Source: the human T2T-CHM13v2.0 reference genome, Homo sapiens. Taken from it: 64,000 bases of DNA. A program made the translations under genes and the position numbers. Shown one piece after another: positions 37,791 through 52,080 of the stretch (within the stretch, counting starts at the first letter, position 1; every line of letters begins with the position of its first letter). The notes below the pieces were generated by a model that saw only the letters and a list, made by a program, of their open reading frames with translations, searched no databases and had not been told where the DNA came from. Location: the NCBI RefSeq assembly GCF_009914755.1, contig NC_060935.1. One strand, 5' to 3'.

Positions 37791-40343
37791 TAAAAAGCAC
37801 TATACACTTGGAAACAAATAAGACATTTCTAAATAATCTGTGAGTCAAAGAAGTCTCAAGTGAAATCTTTAAAAAGTCTATTAAACTGGGTAAAAATAAA
37901 AATATAAGATAAAATTTGTGAGATGCAGCTAAAGCAGTGTTGGTAGGGAAACTTACAGCACTAAATACATACATTAGAAAAGAAGAAAAGTCTCAAATTA
38001 ATAATCTAAGTTTCCACCTCAAGAACCTAAAAAAGGAAGCACAAATTAAACTTAAAGAAAGCAGAGGGAAAAAAATAGTAAAGATAAGAGGCGAAATAAA
38101 GGAAATTAAAAGCAGAATAACAAAATGAGTAACTAGTTATTTGGAAAGATCAATATAAGCAACAAATTTCTACCAAGACTAACAAAGTATAAAAGACACA
38201 AATTACCTATAATAGGAATGAAACAGAGGATACCACTGCAGACTCTGAAAACATTAAAAATATAATAAGGAAATGCTGTAAACAACTCTCCACACATACA
38301 TGTTATAACTTAAATAAAATGAACCAATTTCTAGGAAATTGCAGAGCACCACACTCATCTAATACAAAATAGATCTTTTGAATAGCCCCATAATTATTAA
38401 TAAAATTGAACTTGTAATAAAAAGTTCTCTAAAAAAATCTTCAGGCCTAAATGGTTTCACTGGAGAATTTTGTCAAATAGAATTAACATCAATTTACACA
38501 GTCTCATTCAGAAAACAGAAAAAGAGACAACACTTTTTAATACATTTTATGCAATTACTCTGATACCAAAGCAGATCAAGATGGTACAAAAAAGAAAATT
38601 ATAGACCAATATTTCCTAAGAATATAAACACAAAATTCTTTTAAAAATATTAGCAGATAAAATTCAACCACATATTAAAATAATTATGCACCATGATCAA
38701 GTGGAAATGGTTCAATAATCAGAATGGTTCAATAATCAGAATAATCAGAAATTAATCAGTATAATCTACCATATTAACAGGCTAAAGAAGAAGTCATATA
38801 ATCATATTAATCAATGCAGAAAAAGCATTTGACAAAATTCAATGTCCTTTCATAATAAAAACTCTCAGAGAAATAGGAATAGAGAACTTCTTCAACTAGA
38901 TAAAGAATACAAAAAAACCTACAGCTAACCAGCTACCACTATACTAAATGATGTGATACTGAATACTTTCTCCCTATACAAGGGAAGACTATCTACTCTC
39001 ACTACTCTTATTTAACAAAGTGTTAGATGTTCTAGCCAGTGTAATAAGGCAAGAAAAGGAAATAAAATTCACACAATTGGAAAAGAAAGAAAGAAAACTG
39101 ACCGTATTTGTAGATGACATGATTGCCTATGTATAAATCTCAAGGAATTTACAAAAAACTTCTAGAACTAATAAGTTCAGCAAGGTAGTAGTACACAAGA
39201 TAAACATAAAGAAATCAAGTATATTTCTATATACTAGAAATAAACACATGGAAATCAAAATTTAAAATATCATTTACAATCACTCATGAAAAAAATTCTT
39301 AGATATAAATCTAACAAAACATGTATGGTGCTTGTATGCCAAAAGCTACACAATGTTGATGAAAGAACTCAATAAGATTTAAATACATGGGGAGACATCA
39401 GTGTTCATGGATTGGAAGACTCAACAAAGATGAGTAAAGATGTTAATTCTCCCCAAATTAATTTACAGTTTTAATGGTATAAATTGCTATCAAAATCCTA
39501 GCCATATTTTTGCAGATACTGATAAGATTATTCTAAAATTTATGTGGAAATGTAAAGAAACTAGAATAGCTAAAACAATTTTGAAAAAAAATAAAGTGGA
39601 AGGAATAAGCCTACTTGATTTTAAGATTTATATAGCTATAATAATCAAGACTGTGTAGTATTGGAAGAGAGACACAAAGATAAATGGAACAGAATAGAGA
39701 ATCCAGAAATAGACCCACACAAATATGCCAAATTGATTTATGACAAAGGTGCAAAAGCAATTCAGTGGAAGAAAATTTGCCTTTTCAAAAAATTGTGTTG
39801 GAGCAATTGGACATCCATAGACAAAAGAAAAGAAACTCAACCTAAATCTCACACCTATACAAAAAGCAACTTAAATGGATCACAGAATTAACTGAAAATG
39901 TAAAACCATAAGACATTTAGAAAAAATAGGAGAAAACCTAGAGCTAGGAAAAGAGTTCTTAGACCTGATATCAGAGCAAGATTTAAAAAGAAAAAAAATG
40001 GCAAACTTCCATGAAAATCAAAAACTTTCGCTTTGTAAAAGATCTCGTGAAAAGGTTAAGACAAGCTACAAAGTGAGAGAAAATATTTGCAAACCGCATA
40101 TGCAATAAAGGACTACATTTAGAATATATGAAGAACTCAAAAAACTCAATAGTAAAACAAAAATCCAATTAGAAAATGGGCAAAAGACCTAGAGAGACAT
40201 TTCACCAATGATGATATACAGACAGAAATTAAACACATGTAAAGATAATCATCATTAACCTTTAGGGAAATGCAAATTAAAACTACAGTGAAATTTCACT
40301 ACATATCCATCAAAATGGATACGATTTTTAAAATAATGATATT

Positions 40344-40728
40344 TCATATGATTTGAATGTCTGACCCTCCAGATCTCATGTTGAAATGTGATTCCCAATG
40401 TTGGAGGTGGAATCTGGTGGGATGTGATCAGATCATAGGGGTGGACCCCCATGAATGATTTAACACCATCTCCTTGAGTATAAGTGAGTTCTCACTCTAT
40501 TAGTTCATGAGAGATCTGGTCGTTTAAAAGCCTGGGACTTCCTGCCTTCCCCTTCCACCATGATTGTAAGCTTCCTGAGGCCCTCACCAGATGCAGATGC
40601 TGACATCACACTTCCTGTACACTCTGCAGAACGGAGAGCCAATTAAACTTCTGCCAATTAAACCTCTTTTCTTTATAAATTACCCAATCTTTGGTATTCC
40701 TTTACATTAATGCAAATGGACTAATACA
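40344..40728 (+). mobile_element. MSTA-like MaLR solo LTR
   Basis: 'tctcatgttgaaatgtgattcccaatgttggaggtgg...tgattgtaagcttcctgaggcc...ataaattaccca...ggactaataca'. Confidence 0.85.
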
Positions 40729-41489
40729 ACATCAAATGCTGATGAGAATATAGAAATACCAGATCACTTGCACATTACTGGTGGGTATGTAAAAAGGTAC
40801 TGACACTCAGGAAAGCTGTTTAGCAGTTTTTTGAAAAACAAGCTGGCAATTACCATGCAACCCAGCAACTGGACCTTCTGAGTATTTATCGCAGAGAAAT
40901 GAAGACTTATGCTCACACAAAAACCTATACATGAATGTGTATAGCAACCTTATTCATAATAGCCCCAAATCAGAATGAACCAAGATGTCTTCCAATGGTT
41001 ACATAGTTAAACTGTGGTACATCCATATCATAGAATATTACTCTGGAATTAAAAAAAAAAAAACAAGACTATTCCTACATGCAACAACCTGCATGTATCT
41101 CCAAAGAATTATGGTGAGTGAAAAAATTCTAATCATAAAAGGTTACACACTGCATAATTTCATTCATAGAATATTATTGAAATGACAGAATTATTGAAAT
41201 GGAGAAGAGATTTGTGGTTGCCAAAGGTTAAGGAGAGGTGGGGATGGGGTTGGACATGGCCACAAAAGGGCAACACAAAGGATCCTTTTGGTGATAAAAA
41301 TTTCTGTATGTTGATTATATCAACGTACACAGCCTGATTGTGATAGTGTACTAATGTTTTGCAAGATATTATCATTGGGGGAAACTGGTTAAAAGGTACC
41401 TGTGATCTGTCTGTACTATTTCTTACAAATACATGTGAATCTACAATTATATAAAAATAAAAATTTTAATTAAAAAACAATATTTAAAA

Positions 41490-41772
41490 CCCCAAATACA
41501 AAGACCATATATTGTATGATTCTATTTATATGAAATGTCCTGAATAGGCAAATTATATAAATTGGAAATGGTTGCCTAAGGCTGAGGGTGGGAAGAGAAG
41601 TGAATAGCGGTGGCTGCTAAATGAGTACTAGGTGTCTTCGGGGGATAACGAAAATGTCCTAATATTAGATAATGGTGATGGCTACACAACTCTGTAAATA
41701 TATTAAATATTGAATTGTACACTTGAAGTGTGTGAAGTTATGCTGTATAACATGTCTCTATGAAGCTGTGAA
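41490..41772 (+). mobile_element. Separate L1MB-type 3'-end fragment
   Basis: 'atattgtatgattctatttatatgaaatgtcc...gataatggtgatggctacacaactctgtaaatatatt...tgtacactt' is a second L1 3' terminus directly after the L1MD tail. Confidence 0.7.
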
Positions 41773-42055
41773 AAAGAACAAAAGCTGGGGTGATTATATT
41801 ATATTAGACAAAGTAGATTTCAGTGCAAAAAATGTTACCAGGGCTATTTTCCTTTAGGTTTATTTCATAATGGAAAGGGGGTCAATTCATTAAGATAACC
41901 TAATAATCCTAAATATTTATGTACCAAATAACAAAGTTTCAGGTGACATAAAGCAAAAACTGATAAAACTACAAGGAGTACTGGGCATATCCATAATTAT
42001 AGTCAAAGATTCAAATATTTCTTTCTCAGTATTTGATGGAAAAAGTAGACAGAAG

Positions 42056-42360
<305 letters not shown>

Positions 42361-43255
42361 AAAAAGTAGACAGAAAATCACAAAAGGTATAGAATATTTG
42401 AGAAGCATTATCAAACAAATTGACCCAATTAACACTATAGAACACTCTACCCAACAATAGCAGAATGCAAGTTTTTTCAAGTGCAAGGTAGTTTCATAAG
42501 ATGGAACATATTCTGTACCACAAACAAATATCAATAAATATAAAGGAGCTCAAGTCATACAAAATGTTTTCTCAATTTAATCGGATTAAATTAAAATTAA
42601 TAACAGAAATATCTCCAGAATGTCCCCCAAATATTTAAAAACTACATAACATATTTCTAAATAACCTGTGAGTTACAGGTAACTCAAGAAGGAAATTAGA
42701 AAATATTTTGAACTGAATAAAAATAAAACGCAATCTAACCAAAACTGTGGGAAACTATTAAAGCAATACTTGGTGGTGGTGGAGGGGCACGGTATAATAT
42801 TTATAGCAATAAGTGCCTACATTAGGAAAGAAGGAAAAAGGAAAGTATCAAACCAGAGAACTTCGCTTTCACCTTAAGAAACTTAAAAACAAAGAGTAAA
42901 TGCAACCCAAAGTAAGCAGTAGAAAAAAACTATTAGTAAAAATTAGAAATCAATGAAATAGAAAACAGAAAAATGGTAGAGAGAATCAATAAAAACAAGA
43001 TTTGCTTATTTAAGAATATCAATAAAATTCATAAATATTTAACCAGGCTGATTAATAAAAATAGAGATTTGACAGATTAACAATATAAATAATGAGAAAC
43101 ATTGCAACTGTACAAATTCCACACTTGTTACAGAGTAATGAAGTCATATTATAAACAATAATATGCCAATACATGCAAGTAAATTTAGGAATTTAGATTA
43201 AATTGATAAACTAAAAAATTCAAATTACCAACTCTCACTAAAGAAGAAATAGATA

Positions 43256-43534
43256 GGCTGGGCACGGTGGCTCACACCTGTAATCTCAGCACTTTGGGAG
43301 GCCAAGGCGGGTGGATCATGAGGTTAGGAGTTCAAGATCAGCCTGGCCAAGATGGTGAAATCCTGTCTCTACTAAAAAATAGAAAAATTATCCAGGTATG
43401 CTGGCGGGGGCCTGTAATCCCAGCTACTCGGGAGGCTGAGGCAGAGAATTGCTCGAACCCTGGAGGTGGAGGTTGCAGTGAGCCAAGATCACGCCACTGC
43501 ACTCCAGCCTGGACAACAGAGCAAGACTCCATCT
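43256..43534 (+). mobile_element. AluS (AluSg7-like) whose tail became a purine microsatellite
   Basis: Full dimer with 'ccaagatggtg' and 'gcagagaatt'; TSD aagaagaaatagata at 43241-43255 and 43798-43812. Confidence 0.9.
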
Positions 43535-43760
43535 AAAAGAAGAAGGAGGAGGAGGAGGAGGAAGAGGAAGAAGAAGAGGAGGAGGAGGAGAGGAAGGAGG
43601 GAAAGGAAGGGAAGGAGGGGAAGGAGAGGAAGGAGAGGAAGGAGAGGAGGAAGAAGGAGAGGAGGAAGAAGAAGAGGAGGAAGGAGAGGAGGAAGAAGAA
43701 GAAGAGGAGGAAGGAGAGGAGGAAGGAGAGGAGGAAGTAGAAGAGGAGGAAGAAGAGGAG

Positions 43761-43798
<38 letters not shown>

Positions 43799-43806
43799 AG
43801 AAGAAA
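43535..43806. repeat. ~270-bp GGA/GAA polypurine tract
   Basis: All purines except one T at 43738. Confidence 0.97.
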
Positions 43807-46731
43807 TAGATAACCTGAATTTCAATCTATTCAAGAAATTGAACTTGTAGTTAGAATCTTCTGACAAATAAAAATTCAGCACCAGATAGGTTCATTGGTG
43901 ACTTCTACCAAATATTTAAAGAAAAATAATACAAATTTTATACCTTCTTCTAGATAATTGAAGAGGAGAATATACTTCTCAACTCATTCTATAAGGTCAA
44001 TGTTACCCAGTTACCAAAATCAGACAAAGATATTACAAGAAAAGAAAGCTTCAGATCAATATCACAAATTAAACAAATTTTAAACAAATTTTTGGAAAGC
44101 TGAATTCAACAATATATTTAAAAGATAATAATTACGACTAAGTGGAATTTAATCCAGGAATTCAAAGTTGGTTTAACATCTAAAATGTAATATGTTTTTT
44201 AATGTAATTCACCATAGAAACGCATTTTGAAGAAAAGCTGTATCATCTAAATAGATGCAAATAAAGAATGTAACAAAATCCAACATTCATTCAGGACAAA
44301 AATTCACAGCAAAATAAGAATAGAAGCAGCTTCCTCAACCTGATAAAGGACATCTATAAAAAAGATTAATGCTTCACACATACCCATCACCAAGACCAAG
44401 AATAGCAAAAGGATGTTCTCTTCCATTCAACATTGTGCTGAAGTTCTAGCCAGTGTAATAAGAATAGGAAAAAATAAAATAAAATAAAAGGAACCAAGAT
44501 TGAAAAAGGAGAAAAACTTTCTTCATGTACAGCCAGCATGATGGTTTATGTAGAAATTCCAATGAAATCTATGAAAAGCCACTAGAACTAACAAATGAGT
44601 TTATCAAGGTTGAAAGACACAAGATAAATATACAAAAATTAAATTTTAATATACTAACACTATACTAACAATAAATCAAAAACAAAAATTGAGAAAACAA
44701 TATTATTTATGAGAACATCAGAAAATATAAAATATTTAAGGCAAGATCTGCAAAAGTTGTGAAAGACATGTACACCAAAGACCCTAAAATATTGCTTAAA
44801 GACATTTTTAAACACCCAAATAAATGGAAATATACATACTATGTTCATGAATTGGAAGACTCAAAATTGTTAAAAGTAAAATGTCAATTCCTTGCAAATT
44901 CATCAATAGATTCAATGCCATCCCATTTAACATCTCAGCATGCTTTTTAGTAGAAAGTTTTAAACTAATTCTAAAATATTTCTAGAAATGCAAAGAACCT
45001 GAAATAGACAGCAAAACTTTGAAAAAGAAGAGCAAAGTTAGAGGATTAGCATTATCTGTTTTCAAGAGTTGTAAAGTTGTAGTAATCAGAATAGTGAGGT
45101 ATTTGTGTAAAGATCAATGTAACTGATTAGAGGCCAGAAATAGACACAAACATATATAGAGATAGCTAAGTTTTGACAAGCTTATAAAAGCAATCCAGGG
45201 GAAGAAGTTTAAATCTTTTCAATTAATGGTATTAGAACAATTGTATATTCACATGCAAAACTACATATTTTGATCCATTCTGTGCACCACATACAAAAAT
45301 CAACTCAAAAGGATAATAGACCTAAGTATAAAACCTCAAACTTTTACACTTCTAGAAGAAAGCATAAGAGAAAATCTTTATAACCTTGGGTTAGGTAAGG
45401 CTTCTTAGATATAACTGCATAAAAGAATAAACTTGTAAATTGAACTTTATCAAAATTTAAAATTGCTCTTCAAAGACACTGTTAAGAGAATAAAAAGATA
45501 AGCCACAGACTGAGAGAAAATATTTCCAAACCATATATTTGGTGAAAGATTCATATCTATAATATATAAATCTTCAAAAATAAATAATAAGAACATAAAC
45601 AATGTTATTTAGAAATAGAAAAAAGATTTGCCTTCACCAAAGAAAATATACAGAAAGCAAAGAAACATATGAAAAGAAACTCAACATTATTACTCGTTAG
45701 GGAAATGCAAATTAAAACCACAATGAGATACCCCTGTACTCCTATTAAAATGGCTAAAATTAAGAAGCCTGAACATACCAAGTGTTGCCAAAAATGTGAA
45801 GCAATTGGAATTCTCATACACTGCTGGGAGAATGTAAAGTGGTGCAACTAATTTTGAAAGCAGCATGGCAGTTTCTCAAAAATTTAACCACCTACTATAT
45901 GATCCAGTCATTCTCCTCTTAGGTACTTACCCAAGACAAGTATAAGTGTATACCCATGCCAAAACTTCTACACAAATGCTCACAGAAGCATTATTTATAA
46001 CAGCCAAAAAGTGAAAGCATCCCAAATGTCCATCAATTGGAGAATAGACAAACTGTGGTATATTCATATAATGAAATACTATCAGAAATGAAAAGAAATG
46101 AACTATTGATATACACTACAACACAGATGGATCTCAAAATAATTATGCTGAGTGAAAGAAGGCAGACAAAATGTGTGCATATTGTAGCTTCCATTTATAT
46201 AATTGTAGGAAATGCAAATGAATCTATAGTGACAGAAAGCAGATCAGTGGTTGCCTAGGGACTAGGGGTGGGGGGTGCAGGAGAGAGGGATTTAAAGGGA
46301 CACAAAGAAACTTTTGGAAATGACAGATATGTTCATTATCTCAAATATACATATGTCAAAACTCATCAAATGGTATAGTTTAAATATGTTCAGTATATTG
46401 TATGTCAATTATATTTTAATAAAACTTAAAAATAAAAGGTAAAGGGATCCAAGAAGAGATATAGGAGCAGTAGGGAAGATTGTTTTGTCTCTTCCCTTCT
46501 CTTATTCTACCTTCCCAGTTACAGCCTGGGGGTGGTGAAGGAAGGGAAAGAGTGAAGATGAAGGGACATTGGGGCTTGGGCCAATCACAGGACAGCCACA
46601 GCTTCCCTGTACCTCCTACCTGCTCCCCTGCTCCCCTCTATAGTCTGTTTCTTAAATTGATGTGTGAGAACTGGCAGGGACCTGAGAGATGATAAAGTTA
46701 TATGCAATAGTCAGCAAATGTTTGTCAAACA

Positions 46732-47186
46732 CTGTATTGGTCAAAGAAACAGAACCAATTGCATATATAGATATAGATATAACTCTATATATATGACTAT
46801 ATATATATAACTTTCTCTATATGACTACATATATATAGTCATATGTTGCATAACAATGTTTCAGTCAACAATTGACTACATATATGACAGTGATTCCGTA
46901 AGACTATAATGGATATTTTATACTGTACTTTTACTGTACCTTTTCTATGTTTAGGTACACAAATAATTAGCATTGTGTTACAACTACCTGCAGTACTCAG
47001 TACAGTAACATGTTGTACAAGTTTGTAGACTAGGAGCAACAGAGAATACCATATAGCCTAGGTATATAACAGGGTAAACAATCTAGGTTTGTGTAAGTAC
47101 TCTCTATGATATGTGCACAATGACAAAATTACCTAACAATGCATTTCTTAGAAGGTAACTCCGTTGTTAGGTGACACATGACTATA

Positions 47187-47224
<38 letters not shown>

Positions 47225-47620
47225 GAGAGAGAGAGACAGAGAGAGAGACAGAGACAGAGAGAGGTGTTTATTAAAGGATTGGTACATGCAATTATGGAGG
47301 ATGACAAGTCCCAGTATCTGCAGCTGGCAAGCTAGAGACCCAGGAGAGTTGATGGTGTTAAGTTGCAGTCAAAGGGCAAAGGGCTTGTTCCAGCTTGAGG
47401 CAGTCAGGCAGGCGAAGTGACCTCTTATTCAGCTTTTCTGTTTTATTCAGGTCTTCAACTGATTGGATGAAGCCCACCCACATTAAGAAGGGCAGCCTTC
47501 TTTTCTAGTCCACTGATTCAGATGTTAATCTCACCCAGAAACACTCTCAGAGATACATTAGAATAATATTTGACCAAATGTCTGTGGTCCAGGCAAGTTG
47601 GCATCGAAAATTACCCATCA
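46732..47620 (-). mobile_element. MLT2 (ERVL) LTR with internal TA/CA/GA microsatellites and a Tigger insertion
   Basis: 'agaaacagaaccaat' start; 'caattatggaggatgacaagtccc...ttcaactgattggatgaagcccacccacatt...aaaattacccatca' end; (CA)n 47189-47220. Confidence 0.8.
46836..47184 (+). mobile_element. Tigger3a-like TcMar MITE
   Basis: TIR-like ends tagtcatatgttgcataacaa / ttgttaggtgacacatgacta in TA context; internal 'tttactgtaccttttctatgtttag...atctaggtttgtgtaagtac'. Confidence 0.85.
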
Positions 47621-47624
47621 TGTT

Positions 47625-48050
47625 CACTGTGGTGACTCTTGTCAAAGATGTGGGCAGGGCTAAGAGGAAGTGACAAGGGATAGTGCAGCACTGTGGGACT
47701 AGCAATATGAAGGAGACACTGCTACTCCTAGGCTAGGACCTGGTGGATAGCAACTACCAGCACCTGGACTCAGTGGCTACAGGAGGTGAATGTGAAACTG
47801 GGGTAGTGGCCTCTTACAGAGAGATGCAGACAACCCACTGCCCAGTAGGGTGAGAGCAAGGGAAGTCCGTATCTTAAACTCACTCTTCTTCTGCCCCCGT
47901 TTCTGTACTGGTACTCCCCATTAGCCAAGCCAGAGGGAAAAGGAGCCCACTGAGGCAGTCCATACAAATCAGCCTCCTGGGGCCCAGAGCAGGGCACAGA
48001 AGGCTCAAAAGTGGCTCAGGAGGGGCCAATGGGAAATACACAGTGCGCTC
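47625..48050 (-). mobile_element. LTR33-like ERVL LTR
   Basis: 'gccagagggaaaaggagcccactgaggcagtccatacaaatcagcctcctgggg...cagagcaggg'. Confidence 0.65.
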
Positions 48051-48350
48051 CATTACAGGTGAGGCCATTAAGGCTCAGAGGCAGTTAATTTCCTAAGGAA
48101 CAATTAGCAGAGCCAGAACCAAACTGGCTTTTCTGACACTGAGTCCAAAATTCTCCCCAATCCCTCCTGCTGGCAGTCTGCTTTTTTCTTCCTCTAAAAT
48201 GAATCAAGGGGCCTATTTGGGACTCAAGGCCTAGCTATTGAAGGGCCTCCAGCTTGATCTGCAGTTTTAATTGGGACCCTGGGATCTGCATTTCCCTATT
48301 GCCCTAAGACTTCCCACTCCTGACCTCTGCCTATTTCACCAAACACCTCT

Positions 48351-49105
<755 letters not shown>

Positions 49106-49559
49106 AGCAACTAACTGCTTAACAAATCTTAAATTTCAGCAAAAGAGAGAATCCATGAGAGGCACTAGCCATCAGGGTGGGTTCCCAGACTCAGAGCTTC
49201 CCTTATAAGTAACCTATCACTTTCCAGTAGAGATTTTGGGAGCACCCCTCTGCTTTATGACAGGCTTGTAGAATGCCCCCATTAGAGCACCAAACCTTTG
49301 GTTTAAGAAAAATTAGGTATTTTATCCCCTTGAGAAAATGACAATCCCCTCAGGAGGAGCAGAGATTTTAAGCTCATCAGTCACTTATACCTCAGGGTGG
49401 ATGTTTATTGAATCCTTTGATCCTTTAAAAGAAAAGTACAAGCGAAAGGATGCCAGGAGGGATGTGCAGGAAGAACCACCACTAAGAAAAAGGAAGGGTA
49501 GAGAGTGAGGAGGCTAAGGCAGGCCCTGCCTAGATTCAGATTCATTTGACCATTTGTTG

Positions 49560-50200
49560 AGCATAAACTGTGTGGCAGGCATGTGCCTGGTGCCTTGCAG
49601 ACATTCTTTCTAATCCTCACAAACTCCAAGAGAAGGAAGAACACCACCGCCATCTTGTCCATGAGGCCCTCAAGGCTCATGAAGGTAAAATAACTTGCCC
49701 AAGACCACACATATACAAGCAGGGGAACTGGGATTCAATCTTGATCTGTCTGGCTCCAAAATGCATGGTTTTTCCCTCTAACTTGACAATTTCCTCCAAA
49801 AATCATGGGATAATCTAGGGAGAATGTCATAAATTTAACCCTCCCTGTGGCAGAAGGCCAGGATAGACTCAGGCAGATACTCCCATCAAGAGCAATGGAA
49901 GCTACAGCTGAGATCCTTCTGTATTTAATGAGAACAATCAAAATGGAAACGACAACAATCATAATAATAGTAACAGTAATAATAATAACAGTAATAGCAG
50001 GTGCTTATGAAGCCCTATGGCCAGAACCATATTGATGAGACCCTCTCATGTAACCCTTACCTCAACCCCAGGAGACGGGTGCCTTTATGAGCCTCATTTT
50101 ACAGAGAAGGAAGCTGAGGTTCAGTGAGGTTATTTGCCCAAAGTTACACAGCGAATAAGCCAGGAAGCAGACCCCAGAGTTCAAGCTCTGACTGCTCTAC
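49560..50200 (-). mobile_element. Two antisense MIR fragments (about 49560-49780 and 49990-50200)
   Basis: 'aacttgcccaagaccacac...ctgggattcaatc' and 'cattttacagagaaggaagctgaggttcagtgaggtta'. Confidence 0.7.
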
Positions 50201-50399
50201 CCCATTCAAGGAGTACAGCTCTTAAACTCTCCGTTGCAGTGCTGCGATTTTTCTGTGGCTGGGAGCGGGGGTGGGGGGGGCTTCCTTCCCAAACAGCTGC
50301 CCACTGCTTGGGCACCTGGGGCACACCATGCCCCCCCCTTCTTCCCTGCACCACCCTACAGCCATGTGGGCAAACACCCTGCCTCTCCCCAGGCAGGGG

Positions 50400-50650
50400 A
50401 TGCCCAATTTGCATAACTTAATTAAATTCTGCATTCTCGTTTTCGGAGGAGCAGGCCTATGAAGGATGCTGAGTGCATGGTCTTAAGGCAAATCAACGCA
50501 GATGATGAAAGAGCCTATTTCGGTTAAGCAAATTATGAGGAGGCGGGCGATGTCCTCACTCTAATAATTTCCCGTGAATTATTTATATGGAAACTGCAAT
50601 TACATCGGGCAAAACAGTGTTGTATGCATAAAGCTCACTTAATTACCCAA
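50400..50650. promoter_or_regulatory. Candidate conserved enhancer (octamer plus homeodomain sites)
   Basis: ATTTGCAT 50407-50414 directly followed by TTAATTAA; further AATTA/TAAT motifs and retained CpGs; no repeat recognised. Confidence 0.45.
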
Positions 50651-51043
50651 CCACCTGTTGGGACACAGGGTCCTCCGCCAGCCCATTTCTTCCCCCAACA
50701 GGTCCTTTATTTGGAAGGGCAGGGGAACCGGGGACCTGAGGCAGGTGGGGCTGGGAGAAAAGCCGTGGCTGCAAGGACAGGAGGCGCGACCTCCGCTCAG
50801 ACCCCAGCCCCTAGCCCCCAGCCCGGCTGCCTCTGATCCAGCCTGAAACGACACTCCCCATTCTCTAGGACCTGGCCCTTCAGTGCCTCTATCTCATCCT
50901 TGAAAAGGAGACAGGAAAGTGAGGAGTAAGAAACGGAAAAACAAGAGAGGAAGAAACGCACTCCACACCCTTCCCAGCAAACCCTGTAACCAAAGCAAAC
51001 GAGACTCCTTTCATCAATGCCCGGTTGTTTAACTGGAAATGAG

Positions 51044-51059
51044 GGTTGCCATGGCAACC
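51044..51059. promoter_or_regulatory. Perfect palindromic RFX X-box
   Basis: GGTTGCCATGGCAACC matches the RFX consensus GTTGCCATGGCAAC exactly. Confidence 0.65.
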
Positions 51060-51879
51060 ATCCTGTCACATAGTATTTCCTACCACTTACCAGCGGGAGA
51101 GGCGATGATGTGGAGCGGAGAACTCCGACTGGGTGGGGAAGGCCGGAGAGGTGCAGGTTGCATTGTTTGTGATCCATTTGTTGAAACACAAGGTCACACA
51201 GGCCTGTCCCTAACCTGGGGCATCTCGGGTTGCTCTCCTTTTCCAGGATCGTGTGAGTGGGGCATGGGAAAACGGCTCCTTCTACTCACCCCCCAGGGGA
51301 AAAAAAAACATTGTAAATGTCAGAAATGTGATGGAACTGTCAAAAATACATGACATCGGTAATACAATAAATGGTGAAACATATATTCTTTTTTGCTTTG
51401 TGACTGTAAAAATTACAAAATTGTCTCCATGTAAAAGTCAAAACAAAGAAAATTTATGACTACTGAGAGAGGTTGGACAGGAATCACGAGTGTCTGTAGC
51501 AAGATAGGGACAAGTAGCCCTCCTTCACCCCAGCATTTTAATCACGATTAGTTCAGGGACCAGGCAGTAGACATGGGTCTGATTAAAGGTAGGCAGAAGG
51601 TAAAGTTAGTCAAGTATGCTCTAGACTTGGGGGGAGGTGGGGTATGGAGATCAGGGCTGCCTAGTAACTTCTCATTATTGAAAGTTGCTGGAGATCAAGA
51701 ATCCCGGCTTCTAACCCTGATCTATCGCTTACTGCTAAACAACCTTAAGAAATAGATTAACAGAAAGATCTTTTAGTTAGCTGTGAAGTTCAAATACAAT
51801 GACTGCACTACCCTGATTTACTTCACAATTAATGATACACCTAGCAAGTGGATAAAATAATAACTATTTAATAGCTTAA

Positions 51880-52080
51880 AATAATGATAACAGTTCACAT
51901 GTATGGAACATCACATATATGCCAGCACTATACTGAGCTTTATATACATTTATCATAAATCCCATCTTAGAGACTGAAAAACTGAGACAGAGAGGTTAAG
52001 TGATTGGCCCTAGCTTCAAAGTCAGGAAGTGACAAAACCAACCTGGAAACCCAGAGCTCTCGGACTCAAAACTCATGCTC
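51880..52080 (-). mobile_element. MIR
   Basis: 'gaaaactgagacagagaggttaagtgattggccc...ggaaacccag'. Confidence 0.7.

Noticed and set aside
43424-43882. Arg/Gly-rich and Ser/Pro-rich ORFs (protamine- or RGG-like)
   Set aside because: Read-through of an Alu and its GGA/GAA tail.
43875-43890. REST/NRSE site (ttcagcacc)
   Set aside because: Left half only, no GGACAG half, and inside L1.
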